Notes: generated by a model not told the origin, from the letters alone. Shown: positions 37,501 through 52,500, numbered from the stretch's first letter. The stretch: 64,000 bases of DNA from Squalus acanthias (GCA_030390025.1 JASTWF010000418.1:62001-126000); one strand, 5' to 3'. A program made the numbers and translations.

Positions 37501-40500
37501 TTACCTTAGGATAGATAACCAATCAGTGAAGGTGCATGCGGGCCAAGATCCAATCAGGTTGCAGGAATGAATTTTGCATGAGGCTGCCATGTCTATTGTA
37601 ATGTATAAAAATGTAGTGTTTGCTGTAACAATTTGGTGAAGTCTGTCTAAAGACAGAGCAGACTGTCTCCCCACCGGTGTAATAAAGACAGATTGATTAT
37701 CGATCCGAAAACCTTGTGTCGAGTGTTGGTTTAAAATACTCCACAACAGGACCTTCGCCACATGGACTGCAGCGGTTCAAGAAGGTGGCTCACCACCACC
37801 TTCTCAAGGGCAATTAGGGATGGGCAATAAATGCCGGCCTTGCCAGTGACGCCCACATCGCAGGAACGAATTTTAAAAAAGAAGAACTGAAACCTACGCT
37901 GTTGGAGCAGAAGGAATGGGGGACGAGGAGAAGGATGTTGGAGGAGCGATGGGAGGGTGCAGGGGTTTTTTCAGGAAGGATGCCACAGACGAAAGGCACG
38001 GGGAGGATATGGAGGGAGGCGATCGCCATGGTAAGAGTTTTGAGGTGAGTGGAGCTCGGAGCCTGGGGAGGGTTGGAGAGGACACGGGGCGGTGGGAGAG
38101 TGGGAAGACGTGGGCCATTGGGGGTTTGGGATGAGTTGGAGTTTGCCCAGGTCGGGTTGAGGAGACAGCCCGGAGAGGACTGCGGAGTGACCGGCGAGCG
38201 AGTCACGACGCGCGAGGACCGGGGAGAAGCTCCACCCCCCTCACCAGAGGCTTCTTCACCTCGCTCCTTCCTGAGCACCCGTTCCACCAGTTCTTTCGAG
38301 GACCGGTGTCCCACCACACAGGAGTAGCTCTGGCCCCTCTCCCAGGCTTCTGATGGGACGGAGAGCTGGCTGACCGCGCCGAAGGTCCCGTTGCTGTCTG
38401 GGGTCACCGGGAAGGTGGTCCTTCCGCTTGTGACCTCACTGCCCTGGGCTCTCCAGGTCAAGTACAGGTCTCCAGGGTAGAAACCGGACACAAAGCAGGC
38501 CAGAGTTGTCGTCCCATCGTTGAGGGAACCCTCCCGCTGTCCCACTTCCAAGGTGCGTATTTCAGGGCTCTTCACCAGCTGGGCTGAAATCACAACAGGA
38601 ATGGGTTTAGAAATCCCGGGAGGTGTAGAGAATTTCATTCCCCGGGTCCTGGGAGTCCCCCCATCTGGGACTGCAAACCATCCATTGAATCACATCCATC
38701 ATCAATCTCCCATCAAAGACCATCTCCTGCTAATCTATTCATCACACCAGATCCCCTACCTCTCCCATCGAAGCCCATCCCTCCAGACCCTAACTCTCCC
38801 ATCGAAGCCCATCCCTCCAGTCCTCTAACTCGCCCTTTGAAGCCCATCCCTCTAGTCCCCTAACTCTCCCATTGAAGCCCATCCCTCCAGTCCTCTAACT
38901 CTCCCATCGATGCCCATCCCTCTAGTCCTCTAACTCACCCATCGAAGCCAATCCCTCTAATCCCCTAACTCACAGATCGAAGCCCATCCCTCTCATCCTC
39001 TAACTCTCCCATCGAAGCCCATCCCTCTAGTCTCCTAACTCTCCCACTGAAGCCCTTCCCTCCAGTCCCCTAACTCTCCCATCAAAGCCCATCCCTCTAG
39101 TCCCCTAACTCTCCCATCGAAGCCCATCCCTCTAGTCCCCTAACTCTCCCGTCGAAGCCCATCCCTCTAGTCACCTAACTCTCCCATCAAAGCCAATTTT
39201 TCTAGTCCCTTAACTCTCCCATCAAAGCCCATCCCTTTAGTCCGCTAACTCTCCCATCAAAGCCAACTTTTCTAGTCCCCTTACACTCCCATCGAAACCC
39301 ATCCCTCTGCTACCCTTAATCTCCCATCGAAGCCCATCGCTCTAGTCCCCGAACTCACCCATCGAAGCCCATCCCTCTAGTCCCCTAACTCTCCCATCGA
39401 GGCCCATCCCTCTAATCCCCGAACTCTCCCATCGAAGCCCATCCCTCTAGTCTCCCAACCCTAACTAGTTCCCCCCTCACACATGCCGCCCTCCCCTACC
39501 CCAACCCCACCTCCCCTCCCCCTACCCTCTCCACCCCGCCCCCAGCCCCGATCGCTGACTCACCGTCTCCTGCAGTGATGGTGCTGGTTATTGGGGTTGT
39601 CAGTGCCTCGTGTGTAACCTCACAGGTGTAACTGGCCCCCGAACCCCAGTCCTCCCCGGACACCCTCAACTCACTCCTGGACCTGTAGGTCCCGTCCGGG
39701 TTGGCAAGGCACGGCAGAGCCTGGGAGCCGCCGCCCACCTCCGACTCCGCACCGATCCACCGGAATGATATCGTATCCGGGTAGAACCCAGTGGCGGCGC
39801 AGGCCAGCGTGGCGGTCTGATTGGTCAGAATCTCCTGGATCGAGGGAGGGACGAGGCGGACTGACGGAGGGGAGGGGGGACGGGCTGAGGGGGGAAAACA
39901 AAACATGGATTAGGAGCCAGGAATCTGCGGGAATGAACTCAACGTCACTTCAGGGAGGCTGGAGGTCAAATCACGGCCCAGAGAGAGGGGCTGAAGGGTC
40001 CTCGCTCTCTGATGGGCAGTGGGTCAGAAAATGACCTCTCTCCCTCGGGAACCTGCAGATTCTACAAAGTAGTTACAGCACAGAAACAGGCCATTTGGCC
40101 CAACTGGTCCATGCCGGTGTTTATGCTCCACTCGATCCTCCTCCCACCCTTTTCATCGAATCCCATCAGCATATCCTTCTACCCCTTTCTCCCTCTTATA
40201 CTTACCTGGTTCCCCTTAAATGCATCTCTGCTTTTCATCTCCATCACTCCCTGTGGTAGCGAGTCCCACATACCCACCACTCTCTGGGTAAAGAAGTTTC
40301 TCCTGAATTCCCGATTGGATTTATCAGTGACTATCTTATATTGACGGCCCCTAGTTCTGGTCTCACCCACAAGTGGAAATATCTTCTCTACGTCTTCCCT
40401 ATCAAACCCTTTCATCATCTTAAAGACCTCTATCAGGTCACCCCTCAGTCTTCTCTTTGCCAGAGAAATGTGCCCCAGGCTGTTCAGTCTTTCCTGATGG

Positions 40501-43500
40501 TTATAACCTTTCAGTTCTGGAATCAGCCTTGTAAATCTTTTTTACACCTTCTCCAGTGCCTCTATATCCAATTTATAATATGGAGACCAGAACTGTGCAC
40601 CGTGCTCCAAGTGTGGTCTAACCCAGGTATATGGAGACCAGAACTGTGCACCGTGCTCTAAGTGTGGTCTAACCAAGGCATATGGAGACCAGAACTGTGC
40701 ACCGTGCTCCAAGTGTGATCTATCCAAGGCATATGGAGACCAGAACTGTGCACAGTGCTCCAAGTGTGGTCTAACCAAGGTATGTGGAGACCAGGAATGT
40801 GCACAGTGCTCCAAGCGTGGTCTAACCCAGGTATATGGAGACCAGAACTGTGCACAGTGCTCCAAGTGTGGTCTAACCAAGGTATATGGAGACCAGGACT
40901 GTGCACCGTGCTCCGAGTGTGGTCTAACCCAGGTATATGGAGACCAGAACTGAGCACAGTGCTCCAAGTGTGGTCTAACCAAGGTATATGGAGACCAGAA
41001 CTGTGTACAGTGCTCCAAGTGTGGTCTAACTAAGGTATATGGAGACCAGGACTGTGCACAGTGCTCCAAGTGTGGTCTAACCCAGGTATATGGAGACCAG
41101 GACTGTGCACAGTGCTCCAAGTGTGGTCTGAAGGCGTGATCTAGCCTGGGGACCCTCGGTTGTGTATCAATCGCACTTCACTGACCTTCGCTGCGGACCT
41201 GTGTCCTGATTGGCTCAGCCAGTGTCCGGTGAGACACCAGGCAGGTGTAGAGTGATCCTGATGTCCACTGCGAGCTGGAGGCGGTCAGTCTGCTGATCAG
41301 GGTATAACTCCCGTCCGGTTGGATGGAGGGGCCGGTGTCCGCGAAGCCTGAACTGACCGGCTGACCGTCCACCTCCCAGGAGAGCGAGATGTTCCGCGGG
41401 TAGAATCCGGTGGCTCCGCAGGTGAGTTTGACCTCGCTCCCGGCCGCGATCTCCTCAGGAGGAGGGCGGTGGAGGAAGGTGGAGGGAGGCTGCGGAGAGC
41501 GCACTGTAAAGGAGAGGGTTAAACATTGTGAAGATCATTCTCCGGGTAATATCACTTTGAACAAACGCCCATTTATCTCGCCCCTTTAATACAGTAACAC
41601 CTCCCAACGAGCTTCACAGGAGCGATTAGCAAACAAAATTTCACACTGAGCCCCATAAGGAGATATTAGGACAGGTGACCAAAACCTTGGTCAAGGAGGT
41701 CGGTTTTAAGGAGCGTCTTAAAGGAGGAGAGAGAGGCGGAGAGGTTTAGGCAGGGAATTCCAGAGCTTAGGGTCCCAGGCAGCTGAAGGCACGGCCGCCA
41801 ATGGTGGAGCGATGGAAATCGGGGGATGAGCAAGAGGCCAGAATTGGAGGAACGCCGAGATCTGGGAGGGTTGTAGGGCTGGAGGAGGTTACAGAGATAA
41901 GGAGAGGGGCGAGGGCCTTTGAGGGAGTTGGACACCAGGATGAGAATTTTGAAAGGGTTGGGGTTCCGATCAATTCAAAGCAGAGGAATCGGGAACCAGA
42001 CAGAGGTCACTGACCTGCACAGGAGGGTCATCAGGATGTGAGTCAGTGCAAAACAAGAACATGAACACAACCCAACCCTTTCTTACACAACAGGACAATC
42101 ATTGTCACAAGATCGGGCAAATCACTGTCCCTGCCCTGGGAGTGATTGATGGGACAGTGTAGAGGGAGCTTTACTCTGTATCTAACCCCGCGCTGTACCT
42201 GCCCTGGGAGTGTTTGATGGGACAGTGTAGAGGGAGCTTTACTCTGTATCTAACCCGTGCTGTACCTGCCCTGGGAGTGTTTGATGGGACAGTGTAGAGG
42301 GAGCTTTACTCTGTATCTAACCCGTGCTGTACCTAACATAGAAACATAGAAGATAGGAGCAGGAGTATATCAAGAGGAAAAGACTGGTGAAAACCAAAGT
42401 TGGCCCATTGCAGTCAGATACGGGGGAATATATAACGGGAAATAAGGAAATGGCAGACCAACTAAATGCATACTTTGGGTCAGTCTTTACGAAGGAAGAC
42501 ACAAAAAACCTCCCTGGGATATCGGGAAAAATAGGGACATTTGCAAAGGAGGAACTGACGCAAGTCAATATCTCTAAGGATATGGTGTTAAGGAAGCTAA
42601 AGGGATTGAAGGCGGACAAATCCCCAGGGCCTGATAACATGCATCCTAGGGTGCTGAAGGAGGTGGCCCTAGAGATAGCGGATGCACTAAGTATGATTTT
42701 TCAGAATTCATTAGACTCGGGAACAGTGCCCTTGGATTGGAGGGTAGCTAACGTTACCCCACTATTCAAAAAGGGGGGTAGGGAAAAAGCAGGTAATTAC
42801 AGACCTGTAAGCCTTACATCAGTTGTGGGCAAAATGCTGGAGTCCATCATTAAGGATGAAATAGCGGAGCACTTAGCAAATGGGGACAGGATAGGACAGA
42901 GTCAACATGGATTTACAAAGGGTAAATCGTGCTTGACTAATCTATTGGAATTTTTTGAGTGAGTAACTGGTAAAATAGATGGGGGAGAGCCAGTAGATGT
43001 GGTGTACCTGGACTTCCAAAAGGCCTTCGATAAGGTCCCACATAAAAGATTAGCAGGGAAAATTGAAGCTCATGGGATAAAGGGGAAAGTATTGACGTGG
43101 ATAGAGAACTGGCTGTCAGATAGAAAACAGAGAGTTGGAATAAACGGCTCATTTTCTGAATGGCAGGCAGTAACAAGTGGGGTACCACAGGGATCTGTCC
43201 TGGGTCCCCAGCTGTTCACAATTTACATTAATGACCTGGATCAGGGAGTCGGATGCAGCATTTCCAAATTTGCAGACGACACTAAACTAGGAGGGGGGGG
43301 TGGGCTCAGAGGAGGAGACCAGGAAGCTCCAGAGCGATTTGGACAGACTGGGTGATTGGGCGGATAAATGGCAGATGCACTATAATGTGGACAAGTGCGA
43401 AGTTATCCACCTTGGGTGCAGGAACGGGAGGGCAAATTATTATTTAAATGGCAATAAATTGGGAGAGGGGGAAGTACAGAGAGACCTGGGTGTTCTTGTA

Positions 43501-46500
43501 CACCAGTCACTGAAGGCGAGCATGCAGGTGCAACAGGCGATCAAGAAGGCAAACGGTATGCTGGCCTTCATAGCAAAAGGGTTGGAATACAGGAACAGGG
43601 ATACCTTGCTGCAGCTGTACAGGGCACTGGTGAGACCACACCTCGAGTACTGTGTACAGTTTTGGTCGCCTCATCTGAGGAAAGATGTTCTTGCCATGGA
43701 GGGGGTGCAGCGGCGATTCACCAGGCTGATACCAGGAATGGCGAGATTGACCTATGAGGAGAGACTATGTAGTTTAGGGATGTACACACTGGAGTTTAGA
43801 AGATTGAGAGGGGACCTCATAGAAGTGTATAAAATTCTGACAGGTCTAGACAGACTAGATGCAGAAGGAATGTTTCCCTTGGCGGGTGAGAACAGAACTA
43901 GAGGACATAATTTAAGGATAAGGGCTAAACCATTTAGGACAGAAATGAGGGGGAATTTCTTCACTCAGAGGGTGGTGAACCTGTGGAACTCATTGCCACA
44001 GAGGGCAGTGTACGCCAGCTCATTAAATATATTTAAGAGGGAATTAGATATATTTCTACAGGCAAAAGGGGTTAAGGGTTACGGAGAGAAGGCGGGGACG
44101 GGATACTGAATTGGAGGATCAGCCATGATCTCATTAAATGGCGGAGCAGGCTCGAAGGGCCGGATGGCCTACTCCTGCTCCTATCTTCTATGTATCTATG
44201 TATCTATGTAGGAGTAGGCCATTCAGCCCCTCGAGCCTGCTCCACCATTCGATGAGATCATGGCTGATCATCCAAACTCAGTACCCTGTACCTGCCTTCT
44301 CCCCATATCCCTTGATACCTTTAGCTTTAAGAAATATATCTAACTCATCCTTGAATATATTTAATGACTTCGCCTCAACTACCTTCTGTGGTAGAGAATT
44401 CCACAAGTTCACCACTCTCTGGGTGAATAAATTCTTCCTCATTTCTGTCCTAAATGGCTTACCCCTTATCCTTAGATTATGACCCCTGGTTCTGGACTCT
44501 CCGACCATCGGGAACATCCTTCCTGCACCTAGTTTGTCCAGACCTGTCAGAATTTTATATGTTTCGATGAGATCCCCTCTCATTCTTCTATACTCCAGTG
44601 AGTATAAGCCCAATCGACCCAATCTCTCCTCATATGTCATTCCTGCCATCCCAGGTATCAGCCTTGTGAATCTTCGCTGAACTCCTTCCATGGCAAGAAC
44701 ATCCTTCCTCAGATAAGGCGACCAAAACTGCACACAGTACTCAAGGTGTGGTCTCACCAAGGCCCTGTACAACTGCAGCAGGACATCCCTGTTCCTATAC
44801 TCAAACCCTTTCGCTATGAAGGCCAACATACCATTTGCCTTCTTCACCGCCTGCTGCACCTGCATGCTTACTTTCAGCGACTGGTGCACAAGGACACCCA
44901 GGTCTCGTTGCACTTCCCCTTCTCCCAATCTATTGCCATTCAGATAATAGTCTGCCTTTCTGTTTTTGACACCAAAGTGGATAACCTCGCACTTATCCAC
45001 GTTATATTGCATCTGCCACGCTTCTGCCCACTCACCCAACCTGTCCAGATCATCCTGGAGTTTCTCGCTATCCTCCTCGCTGCACACACTCCCACCCAGC
45101 TTTGTGTCATCTGCAAACTTGGAGATATTACATTTAATTCCCTTATCTAGATCATTAATGTATATTGTGAATAGCTGGGGTCCAAGGACCGATCCCTGCG
45201 GTACCCCACTAGTCACTGCTTGCCACTCGGAAAAAGACCCATTAATTCCTACTCTCTGCTTTCTGTCTGCCAACCAGTTCTCTATCCAAGTCAATACCTT
45301 GCCCCCAATCCCATGTGCCTTAACTTTACCCGCTAATCTCTTATGCGGGACCTTATCGAAAGCCTTTTGAAAGTCCAAATACACCACATCTACTGGTTCT
45401 CCCTTATCTATTTTTCCAGTTACATCCTCAAAAAATTTCAGTAGATTAGTCAAGCACGATTTACCTTTTGTAAATCCATGTTGACTTTGTCCGATCCTGT
45501 CACTGTTTTTCAAATGCTCAGCTATTACATCTTTTATAATGGACTCTAGCATTTTCCCCACTACCGATGTCAGGCTTACCGGTCTGTAATTCCCCGCTTT
45601 CTCTCTTCCACCCTTTTTGAATAGTGGGGTAAAATTAGCTACCCTCCAATCCATGGGTACAGTTCCAGATTCCATCGAATGTCGGAAGATGATCAGCAAT
45701 GCGCTGGGAGTGTTTGATGGGACAGTGTAGAGGGAGCTTTACTCTGTATCTAACCCGTGCTGTACCTGCCCTGAGAGTGTTTGATGGGACAGTGTAGAAG
45801 GAGCTTTACTCTGTATCTAACCCGTGCTGTACCTGCCCTGGGAGTGTTTGATGGGGCAATGTGGAGGGAGCTTTACTCTGTGTCTAACCACGTGCTGTAC
45901 CTGCCCTGGGAGTGTTTGATGGGACAGTGTAGAGGGAGTTTTACTCTGTATCTAACTTGTGCTGTTCCTGTCCAGGGAGTGTTTGATGGGACAGTGTAGA
46001 GGGAGCTTTACTCTGTATCTAACCCGTGCTGTACCTACCCTGGGAGTGTTTGATGGGACAGTGTGGAGGGAGCTTTACTCTGTATCTAACCCGTGCTGTA
46101 CATGCCCTGGGAGTGTTTGATGGGACAGTGTGGAGGGAGCTTTACTCTGTATCTAACCCGTGCTGTACCTGCCCTGGGAGTGTTTGATGGGACAGTGTGC
46201 AGGGAGCTGTACTCTCTATCTAAGGGATGAGGTGTATCTTACCATCATGTTTGCTGAGGGTCTGTGTCAGCGGAGTTGTTGAGGAAAGGTGTTTGACCAG
46301 ACAGGTGAAGATCGATCCTGAATCCCATTCCCGGACAGGGACCTTTAACGTGCTGCTGGAACTGTAGGTCCCATTCTCGTGTTGCGTTGTGTGGCCAGGC
46401 TCCGAGGAGAAGGATGTCTGGCGGTTATTGATGAGCCAGGTGAAGGAGATCTTCCTGGGGTGAAATCCGACTGCCTGACACCCCAATGTGGCCGTCCCGT

Positions 46501-49500
46501 TAGTGTCCATTTCATCGTAGGTGGGGGGTAGGACGTAGACGCTGGGAACCGTAGGGTATCGGGCTGGAGATCCACCGGAGAGAGAACGGAATGAAGGCAT
46601 TAGTGGGTGGTGAGAGATCAGGCCCACCTTGGAGCCCCCCAGTTAATCGGCCCCCAGTTAATCGCCCCCCAGACTGGGGGGACAGCGAGATCAGCCCCTC
46701 ACTCGGAGCCCCCCAGTTAATCGCCCCCCAGACTGGGGGGGAACAGTGAGATCAGCCCCTCACTCAGAGCCCCCCAGTTAATCACCCCCCAGACTGGAGG
46801 GAACAGTGAGATCAGCCCCTCACTCAGAGCCCCCCAGTTAATCGCCCCCCAGACTGGGGGAAACAGCGAGATCAGCCCCTCACTCAGAGCCCCCCAGTTA
46901 ATCGCCCCAAGACTGGGGGCAACAGCGAGATCAGCCCCTCACTCAGAGCCCCCCAGTTAATCACCCCCAGACTGGGGGGAAGAGCGAGATCACCCCCTCA
47001 CTCAGAGGCCCCCCAGTTAATCGCCCCCCAGACTGGGGGGAACAGCGAGATCAGCCCCTCACTCAGAGCCCCCTAGTTAATCGCCCCCCAGAATGGGGGG
47101 AAGAGCGAGATCAGCCCCTCACTCAGAGCCCCCCAGTTTACCGGCCCCCCAGATTGGGGGGAGCAGCGTTGGAGGGTATCCGATGTCTGGGATGAGATTC
47201 CGCGGGGGCTAATTAACGACAATCGCGGGAACCCGCTGGATTGAAATGGAAGGGGAGTGGGGGGTGCGGGGGGGGTCCGGGGAGGAGCGCCCCTCGCGAT
47301 CTGTTCCCCGGGTCATAAACCTCCCCTCCCCTCCCCCGGCGACTGGGAGCCAAGCCCAGGGGTTAACCCACTAAACCTCCAACCCCCAACTCTCAAATCC
47401 CCAGCACGAATCTCCACCTCAAACCGCCCAGCCCAATTCAACCTCCCTAACCCCCGACCCCCTCGCTGCCCCCCCGCCCCCCCCCCCCCAACAACCCCCA
47501 GCAGTCCAGACACTCACCTCTGGTCCTGATCTCCTTGACGATCGGCTGGGTCAGCGTCTGGTGTGAGACGACACACTGGTACTTGTCCACATCCACCCAG
47601 TCTCGACCCCTGACCTCCAGCTGACTGACGGTGGTGTACCGATCCGCGGGGTCTCGGGACAGAGGCTGCTCGGTGATTCCCGACCTCACTTGTCTTCCGT
47701 CCGAGAACCAGGAGATCCGCACACTGGGGGGGTAGAATCCGCTGACTAGGCAGAGCAGGGGGGTGAAACCGTTCTCCGATATCTCCCCCGGGGGCGGGTA
47801 ATGAAGCTGGACCGAGGGAGGAGAGGACGATGGCACTGGAACAAGAATCGAGAGGTCTGTCACTGGCCCGAGTGTCTCTGGCCCAGAATCGAGGGGTCAG
47901 TCACTGGCCCGAGTGTCTCTGGCCCAGAATCGAGGGGTCAATCACTGACCCGAGTGTCTCTGGCCCAGAATCGAGGGATTAGACACTGACCTCAGTGTGT
48001 CTGGCCCAGAATCGAGGGGTCGATCATTGACCTCAGTGTGTCTGGCCCAGATACGACAGTGATTGGACAGTGTAGAGGGAGCTTTACTCTGTATCTAACC
48101 CCGTGCTGTACCTGCCCTGGGAGTGTTTGATGGGACAGTGTCGAGGGAGCTTTACTCTGTTTCTAACCCATACAGTACCTGCCCTGGGAGTGTTTGATGG
48201 AACAGTGTAGAGGGACCTTTACTCCGTATCTAACCCGTGCTGTACCTGCCATGGGAGTGTTTGATGGGACAGTGTAGAGGGAGCTTTACTCTGTATCTAA
48301 CCCCGTGCTGTACCTGCCCTGGGAGTGTTTGATGGGACAGTGGAGAGGGAGCTTTACTCTGTATCTAACCCGTGCTGTACCTGCCCTGGGAGTGTTTGAT
48401 GGGACAGTGTAGAGGGAGCTTTACTCTGTATCTAACCCGTGCTGTACCTGCCCTGGGAGTGTTTGATGGGACATTGTAGAGGGAGCTTTACTCTGTATCT
48501 AACCCGTGCTGTACCTGCCCTGAGAGTGTTTGATGGGACAGTGTAGAGGGAGCTTTACTCTGTATCTAACCCGTGCTGTATCTGCCCTGGGAGTGTTTGA
48601 TGAGACAGTGTGGAGGGAGCTGTACTCTGTATCTAACGTGTGCTGTACCTGCCCTGGGAGTGTTTGATGGGACAGTGTAGAGGGAGCTTTACTCTGTATC
48701 TAACCCAGTGCTGTACCTGCCCTGGGAGTGTTTGATGGGACAGTGTAGAGGGAGCTTTACTCTGTATCTATCCCGTGCTGTACCTGCCCTGGGAGTGTTT
48801 GATGGGCCAGTGTAGAGGGAGCTTTACTCTGTATCTAACCCGTGCTGTACCTGCCCTGGGAGTCTTTGATGAGACAGTGTAGAGGGAGCTTTACTCTGTA
48901 TCTAACCCGTGCTGTACCTGCCCTGGGAGTCTTTGATGAGACAGTGTAGAGGGAGCTTTACTCTGTATCTAACCTGTGCTGTACCTGCCCTGGGAGTGTT
49001 TGATGGGACAGTGTGGAGGGAGCTGTACTCTCTATCTGAGGGATGAGGTGTATCTTACCGTCATGTTTGCTGAGGGTCTGTGTCAGCGGAGTTGTTGAGG
49101 AAAGGTGATTGACCAGACAGGTGAAGATCGATCCTGAATCCCATTCCCGGACAGGGACCTTTAACGTGCTGCTGGAACTGTAGGTCCCATTCTCATGTTG
49201 CGTTGTGTGGCCAGGCTCCGAGGAGAAGGATGACTGGCGGTTATTGATGAGCCAGGTGAAGGAGATGTTCCTGGGGTGAAATCCGACTGCCTGACACCCC
49301 AATGTGGCCGTCCCGTTAGTGTCCATTTCATCGTAGGTGGGGGGTAGGATGTAGACGCTGGGAACCGTAGGGTATCGGGCTGGAGATCCACCGGAGAGAG
49401 AATGGAATGAAGATATTAGTGGGCGGTGAGAGATCAGGCCCACCTTGGAGCCCCCCAGTTAATCACCCCCCAGACTGGGGGGAACAGCGAGATGAGCCCC

Positions 49501-52500
49501 ACCTTGGAGCCCCCCAGTTAATCACCCCCCAGACTGGGGGGAAGAGCGAGATCACCCCCTCACTCAGAGCCCCCCAGTTAATCGCCCCCCAGACTGTGGG
49601 GAACAGCGAGATCAGCCCCTCACTCAGAGTCCCCCAGTTAATCGCCCCCCAGACTGGGGGCAACAGCGATATCAGCCCCTCACTTGGAGCCCTCCAGTTA
49701 ATCACCCCCCAGACTGTGGGGAACAGCGAGATCAGACCCTCACTCGGAGCCCTCCAGTTAATCACCCCCCAGACTGTGGGGAACAGCGAGATCAGACCCT
49801 CACTCGGAGCCCCCCAGTTAATCACCCCCCAGACTGGGGGGAAGAGCGAGATCAGACCCTCACTCGGAGCCCCCCAGTTAATCGCCCCCCAGACTGGGGG
49901 GAAGAGCGAGATCAGCCCCTCACTCAGAGCCCCCCAGTTAATCACCCCCCAGACTGGGGGGAGCTGTGAGATCAGCCCCTCACTCTGAGCCCCCCAGACT
50001 GGGGGGAGCAGCGTTGGAGGGTTTCCGATGTCTGGGATGTGATTCCGCGGGGGCTCATTAACGACAATCGCGGGAAACCGCTGGATTGAAATGGAAGGGG
50101 AGTGGGGGGTGTGGGGGGGCCGGGGAGGAGCGCCCCTCGCGATCTGTTCCCCGGGTCATAAACCTCCCCCCCCACCCCCGGAGACTGGGAGCCAAGCCCA
50201 GGGGTTAACCCACTAAATCTCCAACCCCCAACTCTCAAATCCCCAGCACGAATCTCCACCTCAAACCGCCCAGCCCAATTCAACCTCCCTAACCCCCGAC
50301 CCCCTCGCTGCCCCCCCGCCCCCCCCCCCAACAACCCCCAGCAGTCCAGACACTCACCTCTGGTCCTGATCTCCTTGACGATGGGCTGGGTCAGCGTCTG
50401 GTGTGAGACGACACACTGGTACTTGTCCACATCCACCCAGTCTCGACCCCTGACCTCCAGCTGACTGACGGTGGTGTACCGATCCGTGGGGTCTCGGGAC
50501 AGAGGCTGCTCGGTGATTCCCGACCTCACTTGTCTTCCGTCCGAGAACCAGGAGATCCGCACACTGGGGGGGTAGAATCCGCTGACTAGGCAGAGCAGGG
50601 GGGTGAAACCGTTCTCCGATATCTCCCCCGGGGGCGGGTAATGAAGCTGGACCGAGGGAGGAGAGGACGATGGCACTGGAACAAGAATCAAGGGGTCAGT
50701 CACTGGCCTGAGTGTCTCTGGCCCAGAATCGAGGGGTCAATCACTGACCTCAGTGTGTCTGGCCTAGAATCGAGGTGTCAGTCACTGGCCCGAGTGTCTC
50801 TGGCCCTGAATCGAGGGGTCAATCACTGACCCGAGTATCTCTGGCCCAGAATCGAAAGGTCATCACTGACCTCAGTGTCTCTGGCCCAGGATCGAGAGGT
50901 CAGTCACTGGCTCGAGTGTCTCTGGACCAGAATCGAGGTGTCAATCACTGGCCCGAGTGTCTCGGGCCCAAAATCGAGAGGTCAATCACTGGCCCGAGTG
51001 TCTCTGGACCAGAATCGAGGTGTCAATCACTGACCTCAGTGTGTCTGGCCCAGAATCGAGGTGTCAATCACTGACCTGAGTGGCTCTGGCCCAGAATCGA
51101 GGGGTCAGTCACTGACCTGAGTGTCTCGGGCCCAGAATCGAGGGGTCAATCACTGACCTCAGTCTGTCTGGCCCAGAATCGAGGGGTCAGTCACTGACCT
51201 CAGTGTGTCTGGCCCAGAATCGACAGTGATTGGACAGTGTAGAGGGAGCTTTACTCTGTATCTAACCCGTGCTGTACCTGCCCTGGGAGTGTTTGATGGG
51301 ACAGTGTAGAGGGAGCTTTACTCTGTATCTAACCCGTGCTGTACCTGCCCTGGGAGTATTTGATGGGACAGTGTAGAGGGAGCTTTACTCTGTATCTAAC
51401 CCGTGCTGTACCTGCCCTGGGAGTGTTTGATGGGACAGTGTAGAGGGAGCTTTACTCTGTATCTAACCCCATGCTGTACCTGCCCTGGGAGTGTTTGATG
51501 GGACAGTGCGGAGGGAGCTTAACTCTGTATCTAACCCATGCTGTACCTGCCCTGGGAGTGTTTGATGGGACAGTGTGGAGGGAGCTGTACTCTCTATCTA
51601 AGGGATGAGGTGTATCTTACCATCATGTTTGCTGAGGGTCTGTGTCAGCGGAGTTGTTGAGGAAAGGTGTTTGACCAGACAGGTGAAGATTGATCCTGAA
51701 TCCCATTCCCGGACAGGGACCTTTAACATGCTGCTGGAACTGTAGGTCCCATTCTCGTGTTGCATTGTGTGGCCAGGCTCCGAGGAGAAGGATGTCTGGC
51801 GGTTATTGATGAGCCAGGTGAAGGAGATGTTCCTGGGGTGAAATCCGACTGCCTGACACCCCAATGTGGCCGTCCCGTTAGTGTCCATTTCATCGTAGGT
51901 GGGGGGTAGGACGTAGACGCTGGGAACCGTAGGGTATCGGGCTGGAGATCCACCGGAGAGAGAACGGAATGAAGGCATTAGTGGGCGGTGAGAGATCAGG
52001 CCCACCTTGGAGCCCTCCAATTAATCAACCCCCAGACTGGGGGGAAGAGCGAGATCAGCCCCTCACTCAGAGCCCCCCAGTTAATCGCCCCCCAGACTGG
52101 GGGTAACAGTGAGATCAGCCCCTCACTCAGAGCCCCCCAGTTAATCGCCCCCCAGATTGGGGGCAACAGCGAGATCAGCCCCTCACTCAGAGCCCCCCAG
52201 TTAATCGCCCCCCAGATTGGGGGCAACAGCGAGATCAGCCCCTCACTCAGAGCCCCCTAGTTAATCGCCCCCCAGACTGGGGGGCAGAGCGAGATCAGCC
52301 CCTCACTCGGAGCCCCCCAGTTAATCGCCCCCCAGAATGGGGGGGAAGAGCGAGATCAGCCCCACTCAGAGCCCCCCAGTTAATCGCCCCCCAGACTGGG
52401 GGGAACAGCGAGATCACCCCCTCACTCAAAGGCCCCCCAGTTAATCGCCCCCCAGACTGGGGGGAACAGCGAGATCAGCCCCTCACTCAGAGCCCCCTAG

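Noticed and set aside
44278-45699. 473-aa reverse transcriptase ORF as a host gene or active LINE
   Set aside because: 5'-truncated CR1 ORF2 lacking the endonuclease and ORF1.
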